From the NCBI GenBank assembly GCA_963801165.1, contig CAWDDT010000009.1, forward strand, positions 64,001-128,000: 64,000 nucleotides of DNA, written 5' to 3'. Positions within the stretch are counted from its first letter, which is position 1. Every line of letters begins with the position of its first letter. This document shows positions 55,635 through 64,000 of this stretch, piece after piece. The notes below the pieces were generated by a model, which made no database searches, was not told the DNA's origin, and worked only from the letters and a program-made list of their open reading frames with translations. This DNA is from an uncultured bacterium. Lineage in GTDB: Bacteria > Actinomycetota > Acidimicrobiia > Spongiisociales > UBA5794. The position numbers and the translations under genes are program-made.

Positions 55635-56137
55635 ATGTCGGTGGCGCCCGGCACGGGGTCGTTCCAAGCGCGGACGTAACGACAGACGATTGCTTCCGGC
55701 CGGTGCTTCGCCAGGGCCGGGAGGGTGAAGGGAGAGTCGTCGAGGTAGAGGTCGCAGCCGACTTTCCATTTGTCGCGGAGTAGATGGACCTCGCGGGTCG
55801 GGATGTGTTGGTCGCCGATCCACTTATAGGTGTCTGCTGCCGCCCAGTCGCACTTCATCGACAGGATGACGAGGTCGTGGTCTCGAGCCAGTTCGGCGAG
55901 GGCCGCGATGGCGCCGGGGTACGGCTCGAGGTTGCGAAAGACGGTTGGACCGTTTCCGGATGCTCCCGCCCATTGCCAGAAGTCGTCCAGGTTGTCGAAG
56001 TGCGTGAGGTCGAGGGCGGCATCCCAGTGAGTGACCTGCGCCTCGGTGAGATGGGTGCCGAATTCCAGGTTGTAACGCAGCATCCATCCCCTGATGAAGT
56101 TGGCGACGACACCGTCCAGATCAATTCCGAGTCTCAT
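55562..56137 (-). CDS. 5'(3')-deoxyribonucleotidase-like HAD phosphatase (NT5C family)
   Basis: 'GIDLDGVVANF', 'LEPYPGA', 'YLDDSP', 'AWN'. Confidence 0.82.
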   Translation of the reverse strand: MRLGIDLDGVVANFIRGWMLRYNLEFGTHLTEAQVTHWDAALDLTHFDNLDDFWQWAGASGNGPTVFRNLEPYPGAIAALAELARDHDLVILSMKCDWAAADTYKWIGDQHIPTREVHLLRDKWKVGCDLYLDDSPFTLPALAKHRPEAIVCRYVRAWNDPVPGATDIYDWDEFVSLVERVAAERECSVPV

Positions 56138-56987
56138 GTTCGCTCTCCGTCGGCCATCCGTTTGCGAGGCATTGCCCCAAGCCCTTTGTCTGTTGCATCA
56201 TCACCGGTGCAGGCTGTCCCGCCCCGGGGCACGCCGCGTGGCCCCTGCCCAGGAAGTGACCTACCTCGTGGTTGATCAGGTACTGCCGGTACGTCGTGAG
56301 GTTTCCCCGGTAGTCATCGGTCCCCGTCTCCCATCTCATTAGGTTGATGACGACGCGATTTCCCCGACGGCACGAGTAGATGCCTGCGGTGTCGGCCGGG
56401 GAGCAGAGCCTGTCTGTGGTCGCCGGCGACGCCAGCACCAGACGCAGGTCGTAGGACTCATCGGCGACCGCTGCGAACGCGGCGCCCCAGCTTCTCGCAT
56501 CGTTGAGAATCTCGAGCACTTCACCGGCAAAGCATTCGCCGTCGATGCCGAGCCCGCGTTCTACCTCGATGCGAATCCGATAGGCCCCCTCGGGAACCGG
56601 GCCGTCGGCGGGGATGGTGTCGGTGGTGCCGGTCGGGGTCCGGGTCTCTCCGTCGGCGCAGGACCCCACCACGTCTTTCGGTGTGGTTCGAGGCGCCGGC
56701 ACCCCGTCGCAGTAGTCGCGCGCGAATGCCTCACACGGGTCGTCCGGATCCGTGGCGGCGGTGGGCACGGCAACCGCGACGCGGGCCGACGTGGGGCCCG
56801 CGACGGCATCTGGAGCGACACCATTGGGCGCGATAGGGTTTGTGGTCACCGCGACGACGGGACTAGTGAAGTCCGCAGTGTCGAGGCCAACGACGACCGT
56901 AGATGATGCTATTGAGGCGAATACTGTTGCGCCCACAATGGCTGCTCGTGCCATGCGGAGGCGCCGGGTACCCGGGGAAGCGCCCAT
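56121..56987 (-). CDS. DUF3152 domain protein (zincin-like HExxH)
   Basis: 'ILND.RSW', 'LASP.TTDRLC', 'YRQYLINHEVGH', 'APVMMQQT'. Confidence 0.88.
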   Translation of the reverse strand: MGASPGTRRLRMARAAIVGATVFASIASSTVVVGLDTADFTSPVVAVTTNPIAPNGVAPDAVAGPTSARVAVAVPTAATDPDDPCEAFARDYCDGVPAPRTTPKDVVGSCADGETRTPTGTTDTIPADGPVPEGAYRIRIEVERGLGIDGECFAGEVLEILNDARSWGAAFAAVADESYDLRLVLASPATTDRLCSPADTAGIYSCRRGNRVVINLMRWETGTDDYRGNLTTYRQYLINHEVGHFLGRGHAACPGAGQPAPVMMQQTKGLGQCLANGWPTESEHETRN

Positions 56988-57069
56988 GAGGGGAAGGGTA
57001 AGCGCGAATGAATGACACGCGTGTTATTTCGCGGCGTCATGTCACCGGTGTCGGTTACCATCGCCGTCG

Positions 57070-58782
57070 ATGGAGTATCAGGCGTTATACCGCAAATACC
57101 GGCCGCAGCGGTTCGACGAGGTGGTGGGTCAAGACCACATCACGGGGACATTGGCCAGGGAAGTCGTCGACGGCAAGATCGCCCACGCCTACCTTTTTGC
57201 CGGCCCGCGTGGCACCGGCAAGACGACTACCGCACGCCTGTTGGCCAAGTCGCTCAACTGTGTCAACCGGGGCGCGGACGGCGAGCCCTGCAATGTGTGC
57301 GACTCCTGTGTTGCGGTGACCGTGGGCAACTCGCTCGACGTCATCGAGCTCGATGCCGCCTCCCACAACAAGGTCGAGGACGTGCGCGAGATCCGGGCCA
57401 ACGTGGGGACAGTCGCCGTCGCTGGTGGCGCCAAGAAGATCTACATTCTCGACGAGGCCCATATGCTGTCGCGAGCCGCGGGCAACGCCCTACTCAAGAC
57501 GCTCGAAGAGCCGCCCGAGCACGTTGTCTTCGTCCTGGCCACGACCGAGCCATACAAGCTGCTCGACACGATCCGTAGCAGGGCCCAGCGTTTCGACTTT
57601 CTCCCGGTCCCGGTCGAGGTGTTGATCGACCATCTCCAGGACATCGCCGCACGGGAGAGCTTCACGGTCGCGGCCGATGGTTTGGCGAGTGTGGCTACCC
57701 ATGCTCGGGGTTCCGTCCGCGACTCGATGAGTCTCCTCGAGCAAGTAGCGGCGCTCGGTGGTGGCACGGTCGAAGCCGAGACGGTCGTGCGGGCGCTGGG
57801 TCTCGCCGACCGCGACGCCTTCACGAGGCTTGCAGCCGCCATCGCCAATCAGAACGCACCCGCGGCGCTGACGCTCGTTGCCGAATTGGCGGCGCGTGGC
57901 GGTGACCTGCGGCGTTTCGTCGCGGAGGCGATGGCCTTCTTCCGCGGCGTGTTCCTCGCCCAGTACACCCCGAACATCGAAGAGATCGTCGACGAGCCGG
58001 TCGACGTGATCGAGGAATGGCGGCGTCAGGCCAAGACACTGTCGGCGGTGGAGGTGCTGCGGGCGGTCGATCAGCTGTCCGAGGCGCTCGTGCAGCTTCG
58101 GCAGGGCCGCGAAGAGCGTCTGGTCACAGAGCTGGCACTGATCCGGCTGACCAGACCGGAGACGGCATTTGACCCTGAGGCACTGGCGGTGCGTCTGGAG
58201 CGTCTCGAAAAGCGCGGTGCGGCCCCGCCTGCAATGCCTGCGCCGGTGACAGCGCCGGTGCCGCCTTCGAAGACGAGCACGCCGGAACCGGTTGTGGTCT
58301 CACCGCCGGCTGCAGCGGCGACTCCGCAGCAGTCGGCGCCACCGATACCGGATGTGTCTCCACCGACACCGGGAGCAGCGGCGGACGTTGACATCGCCAA
58401 GTACCAGGCGGCCTGGCCGGCGATCGCGGCCAGAATGCGCGATCTGGCTGGTCCTTCGAAACATGCTCTGCTGCTCGAGGCCAGTCCCGCCACGGTCGCC
58501 GACGGAACCGTGACCTTCGAGCTGCCGTCGCACCTGCCTTTCCATCTCGAACGGCTAAAGGTCGATACCCAGCTCCACCAGCTGTTGGCCCAGGCCTCCG
58601 CCGAGTTCGTCGGAGGGAGCCTCCGGGTCGATTTCCGCGCAAAGGGCGACCCCGTTGCCGACGGCGAACATGAGCCCGAGCGAGCTCCTGAAAAGGAAGA
58701 CCTGGACGAAGGGGACGAAGGCGCTATAGACCCGACCTCGCTGATCGTCGACATGCTCGACGGCGAGATCATCGACGAGTGA
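57070..58782 (+). CDS. dnaX: DNA polymerase III subunit gamma/tau
   Basis: 'YQALYRKYRPQ.F.EVVGQ', 'GPRGTGKTT', 'IELDAAS', 'DEAHML', 'KTLEEPP'. Confidence 0.97.
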   Translation: MEYQALYRKYRPQRFDEVVGQDHITGTLAREVVDGKIAHAYLFAGPRGTGKTTTARLLAKSLNCVNRGADGEPCNVCDSCVAVTVGNSLDVIELDAASHNKVEDVREIRANVGTVAVAGGAKKIYILDEAHMLSRAAGNALLKTLEEPPEHVVFVLATTEPYKLLDTIRSRAQRFDFLPVPVEVLIDHLQDIAARESFTVAADGLASVATHARGSVRDSMSLLEQVAALGGGTVEAETVVRALGLADRDAFTRLAAAIANQNAPAALTLVAELAARGGDLRRFVAEAMAFFRGVFLAQYTPNIEEIVDEPVDVIEEWRRQAKTLSAVEVLRAVDQLSEALVQLRQGREERLVTELALIRLTRPETAFDPEALAVRLERLEKRGAAPPAMPAPVTAPVPPSKTSTPEPVVVSPPAAAATPQQSAPPIPDVSPPTPGAAADVDIAKYQAAWPAIAARMRDLAGPSKHALLLEASPATVADGTVTFELPSHLPFHLERLKVDTQLHQLLAQASAEFVGGSLRVDFRAKGDPVADGEHEPERAPEKEDLDEGDEGAIDPTSLIVDMLDGEIIDE

Positions 58783-60000
58783 ATGCGAGCCAGCCGCGTT
58801 CGTCGAGCGACTCTGCGTGTCGTGGCGGAGTGCCCTTGCGATTGTCGCCCTCTCGCCGACCGCGGTGTGGTGGATCGAGCGGTTGGTGGCGATCCCGACA
58901 TCAGGCTGGTTCGCCGGTGCGACGACATTTGGCATCGGTGGTGACTTCGCGACTTTCCATGCGGCTGCCGCACTCGTCGTGACCGGACGCGGAGATGTCA
59001 TCTACGAGCCGGCTGTCTTCCAATCGATCTTGCGGCCGGAGCTCGGGGTGTACGGCCCGTTCGGGAATCCACCTCCGCTGGCACTCTTGCTGTCACCGCT
59101 TGGTCATCTGTCGTTCGAGACAGCCTGGTTCGTGTGGTCTGCCGTCGCAGTGATCGGGATCGGCGTGGCCGCTTGTCTGCTGGGATCGAAACACCCTCTG
59201 ATTTTCATAGCTTGGTCGTTGCTCCTTCCCGCCCGTGTACTACACGCTCACTTTCGGCCAGCTGAGTGTGTTGTGGCTGGTGATCCTGTCGGGTACGTTA
59301 TCAGCTGCTGAAGCGACGGACATTTCATCGCGGGCGGAGCTGTTGCGGGCCTGCTGGTCATGAAGCCGACCCTGGCGGTGGGCCTCGCGGTATGGTGGCT
59401 CGTCCGGTGGCGAAAATACCGACTCGCCGTGGTATCAGCCCTCGGCACTGCGCTAATCGCTCTTGGAGCCAGCTATGTCATTTACCCGGCTATCTGGACG
59501 AACTACTGGGTTCGGTTTCTGCATTCGTATCGTTGCGCGATGTCGTAGAGACCAATGGGCACAGTTCTCGCTGTGGGTGGCGTGGGGACCTCCTCTCCCC
59601 GGTGCCGTTGCTTGCCATGGTTCTCGGGATGGTGTCCGCGGGATCGGCATCTTTGCCTGTCCCGCTATTGCGGTGTGGCAGCTGCGCAGGATGAATCGTT
59701 GGACCGGTTCGATGATCGTTGCGGTGCTATTCACGCCTTCTCGTCATGCCTCATCTCCTGGCCTCGACTGGATGCTGCTTCTGGTTGCCCCGGCGTCGCT
59801 CCTGGTCGAGAGGTCGAAATCGGGATGAGCTTGCATGGTTCGTGGTCGCCGGGTTCAGCGTGATCTCTGCTGCACTTGGACTCGTTCTGACTGATTGGAT
59901 GCTTGCTTCGGCGGGTTTGCCGTTCAGATGGCACCACTGGCGCTACTCGGCCGATATGGCTGCTGGGCACAGTGGGAAGATCTCAGGCGCGATGTCATAG
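58779..60000 (+). pseudogene. Glycosyltransferase family 87 (DUF2029) gene broken by several frameshifts
   Basis: GT87 motifs fall in different frames: 'GGDFATF..AA', 'PFGNPPPLALL', 'TFGQ', 'AGLLVMKP'. Confidence 0.72.
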
Positions 60001-60061
60001 AGCGGAGCGAGCGCCTACGGTGACAACGGCCGCGCCGCTCATTGCATCTACTCTCTTACCT

Positions 60062-60388
60062 ATGGGACGATTGCCAAAAGACATGCGCCAGCTCATGCAG
60101 CAAGCGCAGAAGATGCAAGAACAGATGCAGCAGGCGCAGGCCGACCTCGCCGAGCGCACATACGAGGCAACCGCCGGTGGCGGTGTCGTCAAGGCTGTGG
60201 TCAAGGGAACGGGCGAGCTCGTCGCGGTCGAGTTCGATCCGTCGGTGCTCGATCCGGATGACCCGGAGATGGCCGGTGACCTGGTCGTTGCGGCCGTCAA
60301 CAGCGCACTCAAGCTCGCCTCCGACGATGCTGGAACCGCGATGGGAGGTCTGGCCGGAGGTCTTGACCTGGGTGGTTTGCTCGGCTGA
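60062..60388 (+). CDS. ybaB: YbaB/EbfC nucleoid-associated protein
   Basis: 'LMQQAQKMQ', 'ATAGGGVV', 'DPEM..DLVVAAVN'; between dnaX and recR. Confidence 0.93.
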   Translation: MGRLPKDMRQLMQQAQKMQEQMQQAQADLAERTYEATAGGGVVKAVVKGTGELVAVEFDPSVLDPDDPEMAGDLVVAAVNSALKLASDDAGTAMGGLAGGLDLGGLLG

Positions 60389-60981
60389 TGTTCGAGCCTC
60401 CAGTGCAACGTCTGGTCGATGAGCTCGCCCGGCTCCCCGGGATCGGGCGCAAGAGCGCCCAGCGGTTGGCCTTTCATTTACTCAACGTGGAGCAAGCCGA
60501 CGCCGAGCGGCTCGGCCAAGCCATCATCGATCTCCGCCGGCAGGTGCGGTTGTGCGATCGATGCTTCAACATCACCGCAGGGATGGAGTGTTCGATCTGT
60601 CTCGACCTGCGGCGTGATCCAACCACGGTCTGTGTCGTCGAGCGTGCCCAGGACATCGCGGTTCTCGAGCGGACCCAGGAGTTCTCCGGTCGCTACCACG
60701 TGCTGGGCGGTGCAATCTCGCCCATCGCCGGCATCGGACCCGAACAGCTGCGGATGAAGGAGCTCGTGGCCCGCGTCGGCGCCGAGTCGATCCAGGAGGT
60801 CATCGCCGCCACCAACCCCACCGTGGAGGGCGATACGACCGCGATGTACATCGCCAGACTCCTCAAGCCGCTCGGGGTGCGCGTGTCCCGGCTCGCCAGT
60901 GGCTTGCCCGTCGGCGGCGATCTCGACTACGCCGACGAGATAACCCTCGGCCGCGCCATCTCCGGTCGCAAGGACCTCTAG
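60388..60981 (+). CDS. recR: Recombination mediator RecR
   Basis: 'LPGIGRKSAQRLAF', C4 zinc finger, 'YHVLGG.ISP', 'ATNPTVEGD.TA', 'GLPVGGDLDYAD'. Confidence 0.97.
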   Translation: MFEPPVQRLVDELARLPGIGRKSAQRLAFHLLNVEQADAERLGQAIIDLRRQVRLCDRCFNITAGMECSICLDLRRDPTTVCVVERAQDIAVLERTQEFSGRYHVLGGAISPIAGIGPEQLRMKELVARVGAESIQEVIAATNPTVEGDTTAMYIARLLKPLGVRVSRLASGLPVGGDLDYADEITLGRAISGRKDL

Positions 60982-61075
60982 CCCCGCATTCTGGTGCAAA
61001 TCACTTCCGCATTTGGGAGTGCGCTACACACTGGCAGGGAGGGCGTAGCGGATCGGGGTCGCCTATCGTTGTCGC

Positions 61076-62164
61076 ATGAGGATTGCGATTGTCGAGCCGT
61101 ATTTCGGGGGGTCACATGCGGCCTGGGCGGATGGGTATCGCCGCTTCTCGGAGCACGATGTCGCCGTCTTCTCGCTGGCCGATCGTTTCTGGAAATGGCG
61201 GATGCATGGTGGTCATGTGACGCTGGCGGGCGAGTTCATGGCCGCGGTCCAGGTTGGCGGTCCCTTCGACACCATCGTCTGCTCCAGCATGCTCAACGTC
61301 CCGGGCTTCCTCGGGTTGGCCCGGTCTGCGGTGGGCTCAGCCCGAGTGGCGCTGTTCATGCACGAGAACCAGCTCGGCTACCCGCTATCTCCCCGGGATC
61401 ACTCCGACCTCACCTACCCGATGATCAACTGGACCTCGATGCTCGCCTCCGACCTGGTGGTGTTCAACTCGCGCTACCACCATGACCAATGGTTCGAGGA
61501 CATACCCGGTTTTCTCCGGCAGTTCCCCGATCACTCCCAACACGGTCTGATCTCATCAGTTGCGGCCCGGTCGACAGTCGAGCCCGTCGGCGTCGACCTG
61601 CGGCGTTTCGACACGACGGTGCCGAAACAAGGTCCCGTACCCCGGATCATCTGGAATCAGAGATGGGAGTACGACAAGGGGACCGATGACCTGGTGGCGG
61701 CATTGCTGGCGCTGGAGCGACGGGGTGTCGATTTCGAGGTCGTGCTCGCCGGCCAGCAGACGCCGACGGACCCGGACGAGATGGTGAAGCTGCGAAGCGA
61801 GCTCGGCGATCGGGTCATTCACTACGGGTGGGCCGAGGACGACGAGTATGTCCGGCTGCTGAGCTCTGGCAGTGTCGTCGTCTCGACCGCTCATCACGAG
61901 TTCTTCGGGATATCCGTTACGGAGGCCGTGTACGCCGGGTCGTTCCCGGTGCTTCCCAACCGGGTGGTGTACCCCGAACGGATACCCGAGCATCTCCACG
62001 CCCACTGTCTCTACGACGACTCGACCGACCTCATAGACAAGCTCACCTGGGCGACGACGCACGACGTGGCCGCAAGCGAGATCGTTGCCGCGCTCAAACC
62101 GGTGATGCGGAGGGCCGACTGGAGTGAGGTCGCGCCCCGCTACGACGAACTGTTCCTGGGCTAG
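61076..62164 (+). CDS. DUF3524-containing GT4 glycosyltransferase (GTDC1/QTMAN-like)
   Basis: 'EPYFGGSH', 'WKWRM', 'MHENQL.YP', 'FNS', 'WNQRWEYDK', 'HEFFGISV.EA'. Confidence 0.88.
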   Translation: MRIAIVEPYFGGSHAAWADGYRRFSEHDVAVFSLADRFWKWRMHGGHVTLAGEFMAAVQVGGPFDTIVCSSMLNVPGFLGLARSAVGSARVALFMHENQLGYPLSPRDHSDLTYPMINWTSMLASDLVVFNSRYHHDQWFEDIPGFLRQFPDHSQHGLISSVAARSTVEPVGVDLRRFDTTVPKQGPVPRIIWNQRWEYDKGTDDLVAALLALERRGVDFEVVLAGQQTPTDPDEMVKLRSELGDRVIHYGWAEDDEYVRLLSSGSVVVSTAHHEFFGISVTEAVYAGSFPVLPNRVVYPERIPEHLHAHCLYDDSTDLIDKLTWATTHDVAASEIVAALKPVMRRADWSEVAPRYDELFLG

Positions 62165-62757
62165 CCCGCCGGCGATAGGCTGGTCAGGGCTTCCCGGCGT
62201 GCGTAGAGATCGCGCAGCAGGGCCACCTCGGCCATGTGGTGGATGAACTCGCGATTGACCCAGCGCACGATGCCAATGAACGGGAGCTGCGGGTCGAGGC
62301 CCCACGGATACTGCCCGAAACCCGGTACGTCGAGTTGTTCCGCGGTCATTGCCTCGACGGATGCGATCCACCGTTCGGTTGTCGACCACAGGGCTGTGAG
62401 CGTCTCGCCGGCTCCTGGGGAGAACTCGACTAGCTCGGCCGGGTCGATCGAGCGCGAGCCAAAGGTCCATTCCCACCTGCCCGCGATGCCCGACAGCAGG
62501 TGGTTGAGACGCCAGGCGATCGTGGTGAGCGGGCCGGGAGCAAACGGGTCGATCCGCTCCCGGTCGAGTTTCCATCCGCCCGGGCCATAGGCCGCGCCGG
62601 TGCGAACATCGGCGGTGCGGCGGAGCGACCACATGGCGGGTGCGGGTTCCCACAGGCACTCGGCGTCGCTGAGCCCGTCCACCCGGTCTTTCGACAGGTT
62701 CATCGAGTCTGCCAGTTGCTCGACCAGCAGCCCGACACGATCCGTCCGAATCTCCAT
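62161..62757 (-). CDS. DinB family protein
   Basis: 'GLSDAECLWEP', 'TTIAWRL.H', 'EFIHH.AEVALLRDLY'. Confidence 0.88.
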   Translation of the reverse strand: MEIRTDRVGLLVEQLADSMNLSKDRVDGLSDAECLWEPAPAMWSLRRTADVRTGAAYGPGGWKLDRERIDPFAPGPLTTIAWRLNHLLSGIAGRWEWTFGSRSIDPAELVEFSPGAGETLTALWSTTERWIASVEAMTAEQLDVPGFGQYPWGLDPQLPFIGIVRWVNREFIHHMAEVALLRDLYARREALTSLSPAG

Positions 62758-62821
62758 TCTGCGCTCCCCGGCTTGTCTCGTCGCAGCCTACGGCGTAATG
62801 CGGCCGGCGTCTGTCCGCATC

Positions 62822-63871
62822 TCAATCGAAGAGCCGTAGCGCCGGCTGTGTTCTCGGAGCGACCTCGTCCAATGGGATGTAGCCGGGTACCTCGCGGTGC
62901 GGGGTGTCCAGGTACACCTTCGCTTCGGGGGAGGGTCCGAATCGACCATGCGACCACCTGATCTCGACGTGGCCCTCGACCGTTTCGTCCAGCCCGGTCG
63001 TGGTGTTGCGGACGACGGCTTTCCAGTGGACGACCGGCTGCTGTGCCTCGCGATTCGGCGACACGAACAGATCCCGGAAGCTGTACCGGAGCCGGAAATC
63101 CCATGGGGTGGCGACCCGGTAGCGGAGCGGTTGGTTGTCCGCCGACTCGCCGAGCACGAAGTACGGCGCCGACTCCAGCCGGAGCAGACGCCACAGCATT
63201 GTCTCCCGGCGCCGCGCCGTCGTCATGTTGGAGGCCCAGCGCTTGGCGGTGGCGGCGGCAACGGTGTGGGAGAACTCGGTGTAGGCGCGGCCCAGGTCTC
63301 CCCCCAAGCGAGCGGGCAGGCCGTCACGGATGTGTTTCAGATCGCGGTCGCCGAGTTGGGAGACCTGCGGCGGGAGATCTGCGTCGATCTCGGCGCGGCA
63401 TGCGGTGTAGAACACCTGGTAGGCATCGGGCGCAACCTCCTCGTACCAGCCGTTCTCACTGCGGTAGTCACGATCGAGAAGCAGGTTGACGAATAGGTTG
63501 CCGGGTGAAGGGTTGTGCAGGATGTTCGATCCGTATTTGCACGAGATCAGATAGACGTGATCGATGCGAAGGTCGGCCGGGATCTGCTCGTAGCCCGGCG
63601 GGCGCTGGTTGCCTTTCCACTCCACCGACCATGGTGGTCGCCCCCGCAGACCGTCGGCGGCACGGGCAAAGGCGATGCCGTTCGCCCAGGCTGTGGCGAA
63701 CTCAGATGCGAACTCGCCGGCGGCAAACGACTCGGCGAGGGCGTCGTAGTGGCTGTCCTCGACGTTGAGAAAGTTGCGCGGTCGCACCTCGAGGGCCCGG
63801 GCGACATCCGGGAAGCCCATGGTTGCCATGCCGGTGATTATCTCGGTGACCTCGGTTCGCGGCGCCGGCAT
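62822..63871 (-). CDS. Hypothetical protein with PD-(D/E)XK-like motif (restriction-endonuclease-like)
   Basis: 349-aa ORF; 'PADLRIDHVYLISCKY' gives a D...SxK arrangement. Confidence 0.55.
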   Translation of the reverse strand: MPAPRTEVTEIITGMATMGFPDVARALEVRPRNFLNVEDSHYDALAESFAAGEFASEFATAWANGIAFARAADGLRGRPPWSVEWKGNQRPPGYEQIPADLRIDHVYLISCKYGSNILHNPSPGNLFVNLLLDRDYRSENGWYEEVAPDAYQVFYTACRAEIDADLPPQVSQLGDRDLKHIRDGLPARLGGDLGRAYTEFSHTVAAATAKRWASNMTTARRRETMLWRLLRLESAPYFVLGESADNQPLRYRVATPWDFRLRYSFRDLFVSPNREAQQPVVHWKAVVRNTTTGLDETVEGHVEIRWSHGRFGPSPEAKVYLDTPHREVPGYIPLDEVAPRTQPALRLFD

Positions 63872-63873
63872 GG

Positions 63874-64000
63874 CTAGGGCTCAGCGAACAGCGGGGAGAA
63901 CTGCATCTGGACACCCAGCAGCGCCGGGGGGAACTCCTCGGCGGTGAAGACGTCCTCGGTGTAGACGTCGATGGGGATACCTGTGTTCTTTATCCACATG
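63874..64000 (-). CDS. C-terminus of a gene running off the window
   Basis: Frame ending '...QMQFSPLFAEP' with TAG at 63874, 2 bp upstream of the next start. Confidence 0.5.
   Translation of the reverse strand, partial: MWIKNTGIPIDVYTEDVFTAEEFPPALLGVQMQFSPLFAEP

Noticed and set aside
56988-57069. SRP RNA (ffs) or tRNA upstream of dnaX
   Set aside because: The gap is only about 80 nt and lacks the SRP core or a cloverleaf; it looks like a divergent promoter region.
57070-58782. Programmed frameshift in dnaX producing gamma
   Set aside because: No A-AAA-AAG or long A-run slippery site was seen.
1-64000. Many long overlapping ORFs in alternative frames or antisense (e.g. 23985-25565, 31843-33039, 7243-8289, 45623-46819)
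   Set aside because: Shadow ORFs expected in high-GC DNA; Arg/Pro/Gly-rich, without motifs, and overlapping well-supported genes.

Overview
High-GC actinobacterial chromosomal DNA, most likely class Acidimicrobiia (inferred from SLH-like 'GITKGCNPPANDRFCP' repeats, Thr-rich lipoprotein linkers and several apparently leaderless genes). It holds about 65 CDS; no rRNA, tRNA, CRISPR array, integrase or transposase was recognised. Ordinary content: glyA under a ZMP/ZTP riboswitch, a GT4/glycogen-debranching/otsB cluster, a DtxR-feoABC operon, pspC/liaF-like genes, MerR-GyrI genes, an ABC-2 exporter, dGTPase, phnCDE-like genes and dnaX-ybaB-recR interrupted by a frameshifted GT87 gene. Best candidates for novelty: (1) a coupled pair of a histidine-kinase-like protein whose phospho-acceptor His is replaced by Glu and a secreted Ig/cadherin-repeat protein with a TM helix and a cytoplasmic cold-shock (RNA-binding) domain (26151-29758); (2) a ~175-nt structured sRNA candidate with two GAAA tetraloops, an anti-Shine-Dalgarno CU-rich loop and upstream phased TCTCAG boxes (20690-20928); (3) a B12-binding HTH_17 regulator with two palindromic operators, divergent from a SigK-like sigma and a sensor-less anti-sigma, next to a cfa/DUF1365/desaturase lipid-modification cluster (29736-37679); (4) an LprG/P55-like lipid-export pair whose MFS carries a coiled-coil plus beta-repeat extension (37751-40673). 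All product calls come from motif recognition by eye, with no database searches, and several starts were re-chosen from the ORF track.
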